Shown here piece by piece: positions 8,255-18,796 of a DNA stretch of 64,000 bases (positions within the stretch are counted from its first letter, which is position 1; each line of letters opens with the position of its first letter). The stretch comes from Hungateiclostridiaceae bacterium UBA1305. GTDB lineage: Bacteria > Bacillota > Clostridia > Acetivibrionales > DTU013. The stretch is from positions 57,454 to 121,453 of the forward strand of contig DBTX01000072.1 in NCBI GenBank assembly GCA_002307275.1, written 5' to 3'. Made by a program: the position numbers and the translations under genes. Under the pieces are notes generated by a model. That model was not told the origin of the DNA. It saw nothing but the letters and a program-made list of their open reading frames with translations, and ran no database searches.

Positions 8255-10264
8255 ATGGAAGGTCAATTACTTGGAAATAGATATGAACTGATAGAAAGGA
8301 TAGGCGGCGGTGGTATGGCTGTCGTCTATAAAGCGCGCTGCAGACTTCTGAACAGGTATGTTGCAGTAAAAATACTCAGGAGTGAATTCACCGACGACGA
8401 AGAGTTTGTAAAAAGGTTCAGGATTGAGGCGCAGGCAGCGGCAAGTTTATCGCATCCCAATATCGTATCGATTTTTGATGTTGGGCATGACGAAAATACA
8501 CATTATATCGTCATGGAATATATTGACGGTATCACACTAAAGGAATACATCACACAGATGGGCGCACTGCCATGGAGGGAAGCCATAAATATAGCCATAC
8601 AGATTTGTTCGGCTATTGAACAGGCACACAAGAATCACATTATCCACCGTGATATCAAGCCGCACAATATACTCATCACAAAGGAAGGTATCGCTAAAGT
8701 TACCGATTTCGGTATTGCCAGAGCGGTAACCTCTGCAACCATAACCATGGTGGGCAGCACGATCGGCTCGGTCCATTATTTTTCGCCGGAACAGGCCAGA
8801 GGCGCTTTTACAGATGAAAAGTCCGATTTATATTCACTGGGGATAACGATCTATGAAATGGTTACCGGAAAGGTTCCATTTGACGGAGAATCCCCTGTTG
8901 CCGTCGCGCTCAAACATATACAGGAAAAGGCTGTGCGACCGGCAGATGTGAATCCTGCAATCCCTAAAGGAGTAAATGACCTGATTGTCAAAGCGATAAA
9001 GAAGGATCAGAACCTCAGGTATCCAAATGCGTCGGAGATGCTTTCTGATCTTCAGCGTACTCTTATCGAGCCCAATTTGCAAATAGCTGGAAGCGGCACG
9101 GCTGAAGAACTTCCGACAAGAAAAATGCAGGCGGTCGGTAAAGATGTCGATCTGGCAGGCGATGAAGATATAGAGGAAGATGGGGAAGGATTGGATCCGG
9201 TGAAAAAACGAAAAAAGGATAGATTGAGTGTCTGGCTGGGTATTGTGACGGGTCTTGTGATAGCAGGCATCATCTTTTACATTGGAATGAAGGTCATCCT
9301 GCCGGCTATCCTGCCGGAGTCACCTGAAGAATATACCGTTCTGGACTATACAAACAAGAATTTCAACGATGTGAAGGCTGAACTTGCCAAGCAGAATATT
9401 ATTGCAGACGATAGTGACAGGGTTAACAGCGAAACATACGGGGAAGATATAATTATCTCGCAGGAGGTGGCCACAGGCAACAAATTGAAGCCTGGAAACA
9501 CCATTAGATTTAAAGTCAGCAACGGACCGGAAATGACTGAGGTACCAGAGGTTGCAAACAAAGAATTAAGAGTTGGCGAGCAGGATATCGTTAATGCTGA
9601 TCTTGAAGCCAGTGTTATTCAGGAGTACAATGACATCGTCGGCATCGGATTGATCATAAGGACCGAGCCGGCTGCACTTGAAAAGTTGAAACCGGGAGAA
9701 ACTGTGACTGTATTTGAAAGCCTCGGGCCTGAATTGGCGAAGGTGAAGGTCCCGAATCTCATTGGTCTGACACGGGTAGAGGCAGAGAAGAAAATAGATG
9801 AAAATGGGCTAAAGATAGGAAAGATCCTTCCCGAAGATGTGATCAGCGAAGTAGCGACGATCATCAAGCAATATCCTGTTGCCGAAACAGAGGTTGATGA
9901 GGGTGAATCTGTTGAGATCACATTCGATGTGGCAGCATCAACTCAAAGTACAAAAAGTACAAGCGAGCAGACAAATACAAATTATTCAGCCGTTGGAACA
10001 GATTCGCAGATTGCAACATCCGAAGATGGAGAAAAAACAGTATTGGTAAGGATTGCTCTCGATCCAAACCGCACTTTCGGCGATGAGATCAAAGTATATG
10101 TAGAAGCTACACCGTCTGATACGAATCAGCTTCAGGTGGTTTATAACAAGAAGGAGACCAAGAGCTTTTTTCCGTTCAATGTTCCGGTTCCACTGTCTAA
10201 GAGCGGAACTACCCATATTATCGTAAAACTGGATGATATTATAACGCTGGAAGACGATAAATAA
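8255..10264 (+). CDS. prkC: Ser/Thr protein kinase with extracellular PASTA repeats (PrkC)
   Basis: GGGGMAVVYKA, HRDIKPHNIL and DFGIA. TM segment LSVWLGIVTGLVIAGIIFYIG followed by three PASTA-like repeats. The ATG at 8255 has a better context than the GTG at 8237. Confidence 0.88.
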   Translation: MEGQLLGNRYELIERIGGGGMAVVYKARCRLLNRYVAVKILRSEFTDDEEFVKRFRIEAQAAASLSHPNIVSIFDVGHDENTHYIVMEYIDGITLKEYITQMGALPWREAINIAIQICSAIEQAHKNHIIHRDIKPHNILITKEGIAKVTDFGIARAVTSATITMVGSTIGSVHYFSPEQARGAFTDEKSDLYSLGITIYEMVTGKVPFDGESPVAVALKHIQEKAVRPADVNPAIPKGVNDLIVKAIKKDQNLRYPNASEMLSDLQRTLIEPNLQIAGSGTAEELPTRKMQAVGKDVDLAGDEDIEEDGEGLDPVKKRKKDRLSVWLGIVTGLVIAGIIFYIGMKVILPAILPESPEEYTVLDYTNKNFNDVKAELAKQNIIADDSDRVNSETYGEDIIISQEVATGNKLKPGNTIRFKVSNGPEMTEVPEVANKELRVGEQDIVNADLEASVIQEYNDIVGIGLIIRTEPAALEKLKPGETVTVFESLGPELAKVKVPNLIGLTRVEAEKKIDENGLKIGKILPEDVISEVATIIKQYPVAETEVDEGESVEITFDVAASTQSTKSTSEQTNTNYSAVGTDSQIATSEDGEKTVLVRIALDPNRTFGDEIKVYVEATPSDTNQLQVVYNKKETKSFFPFNVPVPLSKSGTTHIIVKLDDIITLEDDK

Positions 10265-10292
10265 CAGTGAAAGCCAAGGGAGGTTTCAAACG

Positions 10293-11183
10293 TTGCCGTC
10301 AGGCATAATTACCAAAGGGATCGGCGGGTTCTATTATGTGTCATCGGAGGATGGTACATATGAGTGCAAGGCAAGAGGTATATTCCGTAAAAATGAAATG
10401 ACGCCATTGACAGGCGACAGGGTAGTGTTTTCGATATTGGATCCTGTCTTGAAAAAAGGCAGCCTGGATCAGATACTTGACAGAAGCTCGCTTCTTGACA
10501 GACCTGCGGTAGCTAATGTAAACCAGCTTATCACCGTTATTGCAGCCAAAACGCCAGAACCCGACCTCATGTTGCTGGACAAGCTGCTGGTCAATTCAGA
10601 AGCGAGCGGAATGAGGGCAGTTATTTGCATCAATAAAATCGATCTGGATGTACAGGACGAGCGGAGGGATATATACAATGCCTATTCATGTGCAGGCTAT
10701 AGGGTTCTTGAAACCAGTTCCATGGAGAATATTGGCCTTGAGGAGTTGAAAGCCGTCCTGAAAGGCCGTATATCAGTTTTTGCCGGACAGTCGGGCGTAG
10801 GCAAGTCAACGCTTCTGAACATGGTTATGAACACCATGGTAATGAAAACCGGCACTTTAAGTGGTAAAATTGAAAGAGGGAAGCATACGACAAGGCACAC
10901 CGAGCTTATAGAAATTGAAGACGGAGGCTATGTTGTCGATACACCGGGTTTTAGTTCGTTTGAACTAGCAGGTATCGGTCGGATCAATCTTCAGAGATAT
11001 TACCCTGAGTTTTCAGAACATATCCACGCATGCAGGTTTTCAGGGTGCAGCCATTTGAATGAACCTGACTGCGCTGTCAAGCAGGCAGTGGCAGACGGCT
11101 TGATCAGCGGAGGCAGATACGGAAGGTATGTGGATTTATTTGCAGTATTTAAACTGGAAGAAGACATGAAGTATAAAAAGTAG
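10293..11183 (+). CDS. rsgA: Ribosome small-subunit-dependent GTPase A
   Basis: NKIDL, GQSGVGKSTL and zinc knuckle CRFSGCSHLNEPDC. TTG start. Confidence 0.9.
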   Translation: MPSGIITKGIGGFYYVSSEDGTYECKARGIFRKNEMTPLTGDRVVFSILDPVLKKGSLDQILDRSSLLDRPAVANVNQLITVIAAKTPEPDLMLLDKLLVNSEASGMRAVICINKIDLDVQDERRDIYNAYSCAGYRVLETSSMENIGLEELKAVLKGRISVFAGQSGVGKSTLLNMVMNTMVMKTGTLSGKIERGKHTTRHTELIEIEDGGYVVDTPGFSSFELAGIGRINLQRYYPEFSEHIHACRFSGCSHLNEPDCAVKQAVADGLISGGRYGRYVDLFAVFKLEEDMKYKK

Positions 11184-11223
11184 CAATGGACTATCAACTC
11201 TAAACAGGAAAGGAATACATACA

Positions 11224-11889
11224 ATGGTTAAAATCGCTCCTTCCATTCTGGCATCTGATTTTTCCAGGCTGGGAGAGGAAATTGAAAAGGTTGAGGCAGC
11301 TGGTGCCGACATGATACACCTGGATGTCATGGACGGTCATTTTGTAAAGAATATCACAATCGGACCGCCGGTGGTCAAAAGTCTCCGAAAAACAACAAAA
11401 CTACCGTTTGATGTTCATTTGATGATTGATAATGTAGATTTGTATATAGATCGTTTTATTGAAGCCGGAGCGGATATCATTTCCGTTCACATAGAAAACA
11501 CCCCTGGCATACATGAAACCATCCGGCATATCAAGCAAATGGGGATTAAAGCATCTGTGGTGCTGAAACCTGAGACAAAGCTCAATGTGCTTGACGACCT
11601 GCTGGAGGAAGTCGATATGGTCCTGCTGATGACTGTGAATCCGGGCTTTGGCGGGCAGAGTTATATTGAAGAAATGACGGAGAAGGTTCGCGAACTCAGA
11701 AAAATGGCTGATGCCAGAGGAATCAAGCTGGACATTGAGGTAGACGGAGGGATAGATCTGAAAAATATCTACAAAGTTACCGAGGCAGGCGCCAATGTAA
11801 TCGTTGCCGGGTCGACAGTGTATAATGCCCCCGATGTGACTGAGATGATCCACAGCTTGAAAGAACAGGCCTTCGGAGGGAAAGTATGA
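11224..11889 (+). CDS. rpe: Ribulose-phosphate 3-epimerase
   Basis: HLDVMDGHFV and VNPGFGGQ motifs. Confidence 0.93.
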   Translation: MVKIAPSILASDFSRLGEEIEKVEAAGADMIHLDVMDGHFVKNITIGPPVVKSLRKTTKLPFDVHLMIDNVDLYIDRFIEAGADIISVHIENTPGIHETIRHIKQMGIKASVVLKPETKLNVLDDLLEEVDMVLLMTVNPGFGGQSYIEEMTEKVRELRKMADARGIKLDIEVDGGIDLKNIYKVTEAGANVIVAGSTVYNAPDVTEMIHSLKEQAFGGKV

Positions 11890-12521
11890 CCGGCGTAATT
11901 ATATGCGGCGGTAGAATTACTGATTATATATTCATGAAGAAATATCTCGAGGATGCTGATTTGGTGATATCGGCAGATAGCGGTGCACGGCACTGTAAAA
12001 GCTTTGATATTGTACCGGATCTGCTGGTCGGGGATTTTGATTCGGTAAGTGATGCTGATTATAGGGATCTGGTATCGGCAGGAGTTGGTATACTAAAATT
12101 TCCGGTTGAAAAAGATATGACTGACAGTGAGCTGGCGATTGATATTGCTCTGGAAAAAGGCTGCAGCAGGGTGCTTTTGCTTGGAGCGCTCGGAACGAGA
12201 CTGGACCATTCGCTCTCCAACCTGTTTTTATTGAAAAAGCTGCTGGACAGGGGAAAAGAGGGGATCCTTGCGGATGAAAACAATGAGGCAAGGCTGATAA
12301 ACCACAGCATAGAGCTTGAAAGTAAAAAAGACGTTTATATAACATTGCTTCCGGTTGCAGGTCCTGCAAAGGGTGTAACAACGCAAGGCTTATACTATCC
12401 ACTTGAGAATGCAACGCTGGAGGTTGGCTCCTCCTGGGGCGTCAGCAACAGATTCTCATCAGAAAAGGCAGCAGTAACAGTACAGGAGGGAACCCTTCTG
12501 GTCATACTGTCCAGAGATTGA
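11886..12521 (+). CDS. thiN: Thiamine pyrophosphokinase
   Basis: GDFDS and KDMTDSELA motifs. 4-nt overlap with rpe. Confidence 0.85.
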   Translation: MTGVIICGGRITDYIFMKKYLEDADLVISADSGARHCKSFDIVPDLLVGDFDSVSDADYRDLVSAGVGILKFPVEKDMTDSELAIDIALEKGCSRVLLLGALGTRLDHSLSNLFLLKKLLDRGKEGILADENNEARLINHSIELESKKDVYITLLPVAGPAKGVTTQGLYYPLENATLEVGSSWGVSNRFSSEKAAVTVQEGTLLVILSRD

Positions 12522-12538
12522 GGCGAGGATGGGACTTC

Positions 12539-13801
12539 ATGGTCAACTGGTTGAAAAGAAAATTCGATACGGCTAGCCATAACCCAATTAAGGGAGCAAA
12601 AGACATCCTGAAATACATTGGACCTGGTTTGCTTGTCACAGTGGGTTTTATTGATCCCGGAAACTGGGCGTCCAATTTGGCAGCCGGTTCAGGCTATGGC
12701 TACAGCCTTTTATGGATGGTGACACTGTCAACGATCATGCTGATTTTGTTGCAGCACAATGTTGCTCATCTTGGAATTGTCACGGGGGATTGTCTATCGG
12801 AGGCTGCATCAAAGCATTTGAAGCCCTGGCTGTCAAAAACGGTTTTATCCACAGCGGTTCTTGCATCCGTTTCAACTGCGTTGGCGGAAATTCTCGGCGG
12901 GGCAATCGCATTGAACATGCTGTTTAAAATACCCGTCAGAATTGGTGCCATACTTGTACTTGCTTTGATTCTTTGGATGCTGTTCTCAAGTTCTTACAAG
13001 AGAATTGAAAAGTGGATCATCGGGTTTGTATCCATCATCGGCATTTCGTTTTTGTACGAATTGAGCCTTGTCAATGTCAACTGGGGCGAAGCAGTCAAAG
13101 GCTGGCTCACGCCGAATTTCCCGGCAGGCTCGATGCCGATCATCATGGCTGTGCTTGGCGCAGTTGTCATGCCTCACAACCTGTTTCTGCATTCTGAGAT
13201 CATACAAAGCAGGGAGTGGAACAAGCAAGATCAGGAAATCATTAAAAAACAGCTGAAGTATGAATTTGCAGACACATTATTCTCCATGTTGGTCGGATGG
13301 GCGATAAACAGTGCCATGATCATACTTGCAGCTGCAACTTTTTTCTCGAAGGACGTACAGGTTACTGAACTGAATCAGGCACAAAGCATGCTGGAGCCTT
13401 TGGCCGGGAAAGCTGCTGCAGTTGTTTTCGGAGTTGCCCTGTTGTTTTCGGGTATTTCTTCAACAACAACAGCGGGAATGGCTGGCGGAAGTATCGTTGC
13501 AGGAATGTTCAAGGAACCATATGATATAAAGGACAGTCATACGAAGCTCGGAGTCGCATCAATTCTGACGGCGGCCACGGCTCTGATATTTCTTATTGCA
13601 GACCCGTTCAAAGGACTTGTTTATTCCCAGATGTTATTAAGCATACAATTACCAATCACGATTTTCCTGCAGATTTATCTCACGTCCTCCGCCAAGGTAA
13701 TGGGTATCTACAAAAACTCATTGAGGCATAATATTGCGCTCTGGGTAATTGGACTGACCGTGACGGCTTTAAATATCATGCTGCTTATCAGCTATCTCTG
13801 A
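12539..13801 (+). CDS. mntH: Nramp-family divalent metal (Mn2+/Fe2+) transporter
   Basis: GFIDPGNW (DPGN) and MPHNLFLHS signature motifs, about 11 TM helices. The ATG at 12539 is preferred over the TTG at 12518. Confidence 0.85.
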   Translation: MVNWLKRKFDTASHNPIKGAKDILKYIGPGLLVTVGFIDPGNWASNLAAGSGYGYSLLWMVTLSTIMLILLQHNVAHLGIVTGDCLSEAASKHLKPWLSKTVLSTAVLASVSTALAEILGGAIALNMLFKIPVRIGAILVLALILWMLFSSSYKRIEKWIIGFVSIIGISFLYELSLVNVNWGEAVKGWLTPNFPAGSMPIIMAVLGAVVMPHNLFLHSEIIQSREWNKQDQEIIKKQLKYEFADTLFSMLVGWAINSAMIILAAATFFSKDVQVTELNQAQSMLEPLAGKAAAVVFGVALLFSGISSTTTAGMAGGSIVAGMFKEPYDIKDSHTKLGVASILTAATALIFLIADPFKGLVYSQMLLSIQLPITIFLQIYLTSSAKVMGIYKNSLRHNIALWVIGLTVTALNIMLLISYL

Positions 13802-13969
13802 ACCTCCCCTTACGGTGATAAGATAAAGTAACGGCAGGATTGAAGGCTCACTATATTACAGGCTGCAGCAGGATCGAAAGCTTATAACTATAATAAAGCC
13901 ATGACAAGACCGAATCGTCCTATCACAGCTTTATTTATACAGCAGGATTTCCTGTTAGAGTGCGGATAA

Positions 13970-15151
13970 TTACTTATACTCCGCGGCCAATTTCTCGAAT
14001 GCATCTTTTGAATTCAGAATAATATTTTCATCCACACAGTATGCCATTCTGAAGAAACCAGAGCAACCAAAGCCTTTGCCCGGTACGATGACCAGGTTGT
14101 ATTTCACTGCGGTTTTACAGAATTCAACATCATCGGCGATGGGCGACTGTGCAAAGAGATAGAAGGCGCCTGTTGGTTTCAGACATTTGAAGCCTGCTCC
14201 GGTAATGATGTCATAGAGCATATCACGTCTCTTTTTGTACGCGCCGGCGTCAACTGAAGCCTCAAGCGATTCAGGAAGGATCCTCTGGAAAAGAGCCGGC
14301 GCATTGACAAAGCCGAGAGTCCGGGTGGAAAAAATCAGTCCGTCCATCAACAAGCTGGTGTCACCCATTCCGGGGTTTACTGCAATAAAGCCTATTCGCT
14401 CGCCAGGCAGTGAAAGAGACTTGCTGAAGGAATTCACCATGATGGCGCGGTTGAATATTGTAAATATCGGAGTTACTTCAACACCGTCATAAACTATCTT
14501 TTCATAGGGCTCATCCGAGATGATGCAGATCTCTGTGCCGAATTCCTTCTCTCTTGAGGAGACCTTCTCAGAGAGCTTTTCAAGGGTGCTGCGGCTGTAA
14601 ACCACACCGGTCGGGTTATTGGGTGAGTTGATGATGATCGCCTTGGTTTTCGGTGTTATTGCAGCATACAGCTTCTGAGGATCAGGCTGGAATGTGGAGT
14701 GGTCGGTATCCACGATGACGGCTTTGCCGCCATGATTGTCTATATAAAAAAGATACTCTGCAAAATAAGGCGCAAAGATGATGACTTCCTCACCTGGATT
14801 CAGCAGTGTTTTGAGCACTACGTTCATTGCTCCGCCGGCACCGCATTCCATGACGATATGCTGCCCTTCCACAGGGACGCCGCTGGATTTCTTCAGCTTT
14901 GCCGCTACAGCTGCCCGGACATCGGGATATCCCGCATTGCTCATATAGCCATGCATCTTGGGAATATCCGAAAGAATGGCTTTTTTCAACGCTTCTTTAA
15001 CGATTTCCGGGGGCTCGATATCCGGATTGCCCAGCGAAAAATCGTATACCTTGTCTGCGCCATATTGCTTGCGCAGTTTTTCTCCTTCTTCGAACATCGC
15101 ACGTATCCATGAGGACCTGCTGAGATTGGAAGTTATTTTTTCTGAAACCAT
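13970..15151 (-). CDS. Class I/II PLP-dependent aminotransferase (aspartate/alanine type)
   Basis: NSFSKSLSLPGERIG PLP-lysine motif, NPTG, GYMSNAGYP. The ATG at 15151 is preceded by AGGAGTG. Confidence 0.85.
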   Translation of the reverse strand: MVSEKITSNLSRSSWIRAMFEEGEKLRKQYGADKVYDFSLGNPDIEPPEIVKEALKKAILSDIPKMHGYMSNAGYPDVRAAVAAKLKKSSGVPVEGQHIVMECGAGGAMNVVLKTLLNPGEEVIIFAPYFAEYLFYIDNHGGKAVIVDTDHSTFQPDPQKLYAAITPKTKAIIINSPNNPTGVVYSRSTLEKLSEKVSSREKEFGTEICIISDEPYEKIVYDGVEVTPIFTIFNRAIMVNSFSKSLSLPGERIGFIAVNPGMGDTSLLMDGLIFSTRTLGFVNAPALFQRILPESLEASVDAGAYKKRRDMLYDIITGAGFKCLKPTGAFYLFAQSPIADDVEFCKTAVKYNLVIVPGKGFGCSGFFRMAYCVDENIILNSKDAFEKLAAEYK

Positions 15152-15335
15152 CGTATCACTCCTGTTATCTGAGATTATTATGCTGTTCACAAGTTGAATT
15201 TATGATATACCAAAATAGGGTAAATATCAATTGATTTACTATAATATTGATCACTCACCTCTTAAATTATTCTATATGCAGAGTACTCTTTTATATGCCG
15301 GATTGCTTATGCATCTCATGCAGGCTGTACAACAA

Positions 15336-17114
15336 TTATTTCTGCAGGCTGTCAACCAATGACTTTTCCGGGGTCACCACGGCGGTTTTATAATTGACAT
15401 AGATGACCATTCCCGGCTTTGCACCCGATGGTTTGTTGACATTTTTTACAGAAGTATAGTCCACGGAAATATTAGCGGACATGCGGGCTTTACTGTGCCA
15501 GGCGGAAAGGACAGCAGCTTCTTCCAGTGTTTTATCGGGAATTTCCAAACCGTTTCGTTTGATAATGACATGAGAGCCTGGGATATTCTTTGTATGCAGC
15601 CATATATCGTTTGACTGTGCCAGCTTCAAGGTCAGATAATCATTCTGCCTGTTATTCTTGCCTACATAGATGTCAAACCCGTCAGAAGAGCGGAATCGAA
15701 GCGGTTCAGTCATAGCGGCCGCTTTCCTGGGAGCCTTCTTTTTACCTGAAGTCTTTTTCTTAAGATTCATATAGCCTTGCTCCGACAGTTCCTGTCTGAC
15801 CTCATCCATTTCACGCAAAGCGGTGCAATTGTCAAGTAATTGCAGAACGCTTTCGAGATATTCCAATTCCTTCCGGGAATCCTCCAGTTGCCGGGTGGTA
15901 TATGTGAAGGTGCTTTTGGCTTTACTGTACTTTTTAAAGTAACGCTGTGCATTTCCCTGAGGTAATAGGTTCGGATCAAGCGGAACATCGATGTACTCGC
16001 CTGTCTCCGAATAATAATTGAGAAGGGATACGCTTTTAATATTCTGAGGAATGGCATATATATTTGCAGTGATTAACTCTCCGTACAGTTTGAGCTTCTC
16101 TCTGCCTGCAACATCCCGGAGAGTTTCCTGCTGGATTGCAAGCTTTTTGGAACAACGGTCAATCGAGTTGTTCAGCACTTTATACAGGTCGGATTTCTTT
16201 TGCCTGAGACGCTCGGAATTATCACGTGAGGAATAGAAGAGATCAAGCACCTCACTAATGGAGGTAAGCGACAGGACATTGCCGTATTGATTTATTCCAA
16301 GACAGTGGAAATCAAGAGGCTTCAAATGCTGTTCATCTTCAAAGATCACACACGGGGCATAATTGCTTTGTTTGATGTCCTGAAGAATTGTATCCAGAGC
16401 GCTGCTCAGCACTTTCCGCTTGTCCTGCTCCAATGAAGCGGCACCGGTTCTGCCTTCTATTCCTGCAAGATGGCATACCTCACGGCAAAGCAGTGGACTA
16501 AAGCCTTTAATATTTTCAAGCAGAAATTTTTCAACGGTCTGTTCGGTCGAGTTGATTTTTTGGAGCAGAACTGCCGTGTCAATCAGTGAAGGCGATAATT
16601 TGTCCTGCGCAGGCGGCAATACATATGGCCTTGCCGGCATGACCTCACGGACGCTGCTGATGTCGGCATCTATATGCTTGATGGCATCAAGTATTTTATT
16701 ATCGCTATTTACGAGGATGATATTACTATAACGGCCCATAATCTCAATGATAAGCTTTTTTTCCGAGATGTCGCCAAGCTCGTTTGTAGATTCTATGACA
16801 ATCCCGATAATCCTCTCAAAATCGTTAAATTCGAAGGAAAGTATTTTCCCGCCTGAAAGATGTTTTCTTAGCATCATGCAGAAAACCGGAGGCGCTGCCG
16901 GGTTTTCCTTTACCGCATTCGTAAGGTGTATTCTGGGGTAGTTGGCACTGGCGCTCAGTACAAGCTTTTGGTTTTTATTCCATGCTCTGACCAGCAGAAC
17001 GATTTCGTCGGCCTCAGGTTGTAAAACTTTTTCTATCCGGCCGCTGGCCAGTTTCTCAGATAATTCATCTACAATACTCTTTGCAACAATTCCGTCAAAC
17101 GGCAAATTAAACAC
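15336..17114 (-). CDS. rqcH: Ribosome quality control protein RqcH (NFACT / FbpA family)
   Basis: NFACT-N start FDGIV..., coiled-coil middle, C-terminal YVGKNNRQND and IPGSHVII. GTG start. Confidence 0.85.
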   Translation of the reverse strand: MFNLPFDGIVAKSIVDELSEKLASGRIEKVLQPEADEIVLLVRAWNKNQKLVLSASANYPRIHLTNAVKENPAAPPVFCMMLRKHLSGGKILSFEFNDFERIIGIVIESTNELGDISEKKLIIEIMGRYSNIILVNSDNKILDAIKHIDADISSVREVMPARPYVLPPAQDKLSPSLIDTAVLLQKINSTEQTVEKFLLENIKGFSPLLCREVCHLAGIEGRTGAASLEQDKRKVLSSALDTILQDIKQSNYAPCVIFEDEQHLKPLDFHCLGINQYGNVLSLTSISEVLDLFYSSRDNSERLRQKKSDLYKVLNNSIDRCSKKLAIQQETLRDVAGREKLKLYGELITANIYAIPQNIKSVSLLNYYSETGEYIDVPLDPNLLPQGNAQRYFKKYSKAKSTFTYTTRQLEDSRKELEYLESVLQLLDNCTALREMDEVRQELSEQGYMNLKKKTSGKKKAPRKAAAMTEPLRFRSSDGFDIYVGKNNRQNDYLTLKLAQSNDIWLHTKNIPGSHVIIKRNGLEIPDKTLEEAAVLSAWHSKARMSANISVDYTSVKNVNKPSGAKPGMVIYVNYKTAVVTPEKSLVDSLQK

Positions 17115-17258
17115 TCCCTGAAATGAATTTTTTAGATTCCTCTATTATATACTATTTTTGCATAAGCCTAAAGGTAATATAACTGCAGAAGGTACAAAAA
17201 GTCAGCTGCATCAATCTTTTTCGATCTTCACTCGCAATTTTTTTTGCAGCAAATATGC

Positions 17259-17287
17259 TTGACAGAGCGCTGCGTTTCTGCTATTAT
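17259..17287 (+). promoter_or_regulatory. Sigma-A-type promoter of the infC operon (TTGACA-17-TATTAT)
   Basis: TTGACA at 17259-17264, TATTAT at 17282-17287, 17-nt spacer. Confidence 0.5.
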
Positions 17288-17289
17288 AA

Positions 17290-17421
17290 GTCAGTAAAAA
17301 CAAAGCAGAAGTCATCCGCTTCTCACCTTACGGATTCATCCGCAAAGGTAAATAGTGAAGTTACAGTATAAATGTAAACCAACTATCTGGTGGATTGACG
17401 ATTCGTGCAATCCGCTTTTTT
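17290..17421 (+). promoter_or_regulatory. infC leader with intrinsic terminator (L20-leader-type attenuator candidate)
   Basis: Hairpin GGATTG..CAATCC at 17392-17413 followed by a T-run at 17416-17421, about 35 nt before the infC start. The position matches the Firmicute L20 leader. Confidence 0.45.
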
Positions 17422-17457
17422 GTTTATCCTGGAAAAACTTCGCGGAGGTGTTTTAAT

Positions 17458-17970
17458 ATCAGTAGAAATGAATTGATGATTAATGAGGAAATCAGGGAAA
17501 ATGAAGTACGTGTAATCGATTCTGACGGATCCATGCTTGGCATAATGTCGATAAAGGATGCTCAGAGTCTGGCAGTTACCAGGAACCTGGACCTTGTAAA
17601 GATAGCTCCGCAAGCAGTACCGCCCGTTTGCAGGGTGATGGATTATGGCAAATACATGTTTGAACTTGCCAAGAAGGAAAAGGAAGCGAAGAAAAACCAG
17701 AAGGTTGTTACGATTAAGGAATTATGGATAAAACCCAATATTGAAGATCATGATTTTGAATTCAAGGTAAAGAACGCCTACAAGTTTCTGAAGGATGGAG
17801 ACAAGGTAAAGGTCAGCATACGCTTCAGGGGCAGGGAAATGAATTACACCTCTATGGGAACACAGGTACTTGATAAATTCGCAGAAGCGATCACAGAGGT
17901 GGGCATCATTGAGAGAAAGCCGAAACTGGAAGGCAGGAGTATGATCATGATACTCAATCCTAAACAGTAA
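17458..17970 (+). CDS. infC: Translation initiation factor IF-3 (probable non-AUG AUC start)
   Basis: GGAGGTG at 17444-17450, then 7 nt, then ATC at 17458. The N-terminus ISRNELMINEEIRENEVRVID aligns with Bacillus MISKDQLVNEGIRAREVRLI. The rest is conserved (PPVCRVMDYGKY). Confidence 0.85.
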   Translation: MSRNELMINEEIRENEVRVIDSDGSMLGIMSIKDAQSLAVTRNLDLVKIAPQAVPPVCRVMDYGKYMFELAKKEKEAKKNQKVVTIKELWIKPNIEDHDFEFKVKNAYKFLKDGDKVKVSIRFRGREMNYTSMGTQVLDKFAEAITEVGIIERKPKLEGRSMIMILNPKQ

Positions 17971-18167
17971 GGTATATTATAGATAAATTTGAGGGATATT
18001 CTCTTGAGAAAGCCTTCGAATGAGTAATATAAGTTGCAAAATAGCTTAATGTTTGAATTCAGGGAACAAAATAATTTTGCAACGTTTATTAAGGTAATAT
18101 AAGTGCAAAAACTTGAAAAATTATTTTTTTTGCATTATATGATAGCAAAGAAATAGGAGGAGAAAAA

Positions 18168-18365
18168 ATGCCTAAGATCAAAACACACAGTGCATCTAAA
18201 AAAAGATTTAGATTAACAGCCAATGGCAAGGTCAAGATGAATCATGCATTCAGAAGCCACAGGCTGGTATCCAAGGCAAAGAAGGCTAAGAAACACCACA
18301 GGCTCGGTGCCTATGCTTCTTCCGCCAATGCAGCCACAATCAAAATGATGATACCGTACAAGTAA
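18168..18365 (+). CDS. rpmI: 50S ribosomal protein L35
   Basis: [14 protein letters not shown]... Strong RBS AGGAGGAG. Confidence 0.95.
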   Translation: MPKIKTHSASKKRFRLTANGKVKMNHAFRSHRLVSKAKKAKKHHRLGAYASSANAATIKMMIPYK

Positions 18366-18429
18366 GAAAGGATGTTAGCGCCCACAGCGCGAATTTCCGT
18401 TAAAACATCCATGAAGGAGGAAGAATAAT

Positions 18430-18780
18430 ATGTCAAGAGTCAAAGGTGCGTTAAGAACACGTGCAAGGCATAAAAAGATACTTAAACTGGCCAAAGGATA
18501 TTTCGGCCACAAGAGTAAGAATTTTAGAGTAGCTAATCAGGCAGTAATGAAATCCCTTTCCTATGCATACAGGGATAGGAAGGCAAAGAAGAGGAATTTC
18601 AGACAGCTCTGGATTTCCAGGATAAATGCCGCTACCAGAATTAATGGAATGAGCTACAGCAGATTTATGAATGGCTTGAAGAAAGCCGGCATCAACCTCA
18701 ACAGGAAAGTACTGGCAGACATGGCTGTCAACGATGCACAGGGATTTGCCCAGTTAGTCGTCAGCGTAAAGAATGCATAA
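18430..18780 (+). CDS. rplT: 50S ribosomal protein L20
   Basis: [26 protein letters not shown]... Confidence 0.95.
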   Translation: MSRVKGALRTRARHKKILKLAKGYFGHKSKNFRVANQAVMKSLSYAYRDRKAKKRNFRQLWISRINAATRINGMSYSRFMNGLKKAGINLNRKVLADMAVNDAQGFAQLVVSVKNA

Positions 18781-18796
18781 TATTTTGTAAACAATG

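Noticed and set aside
17395-17457. ORF-track start (TTG at 17395) for infC
   Set aside because: The codon lies inside the leader terminator hairpin and upstream of the only SD. The extra 21 residues (MTIRAIRFFVYPGKTSRRCFN) have no counterpart in IF3.
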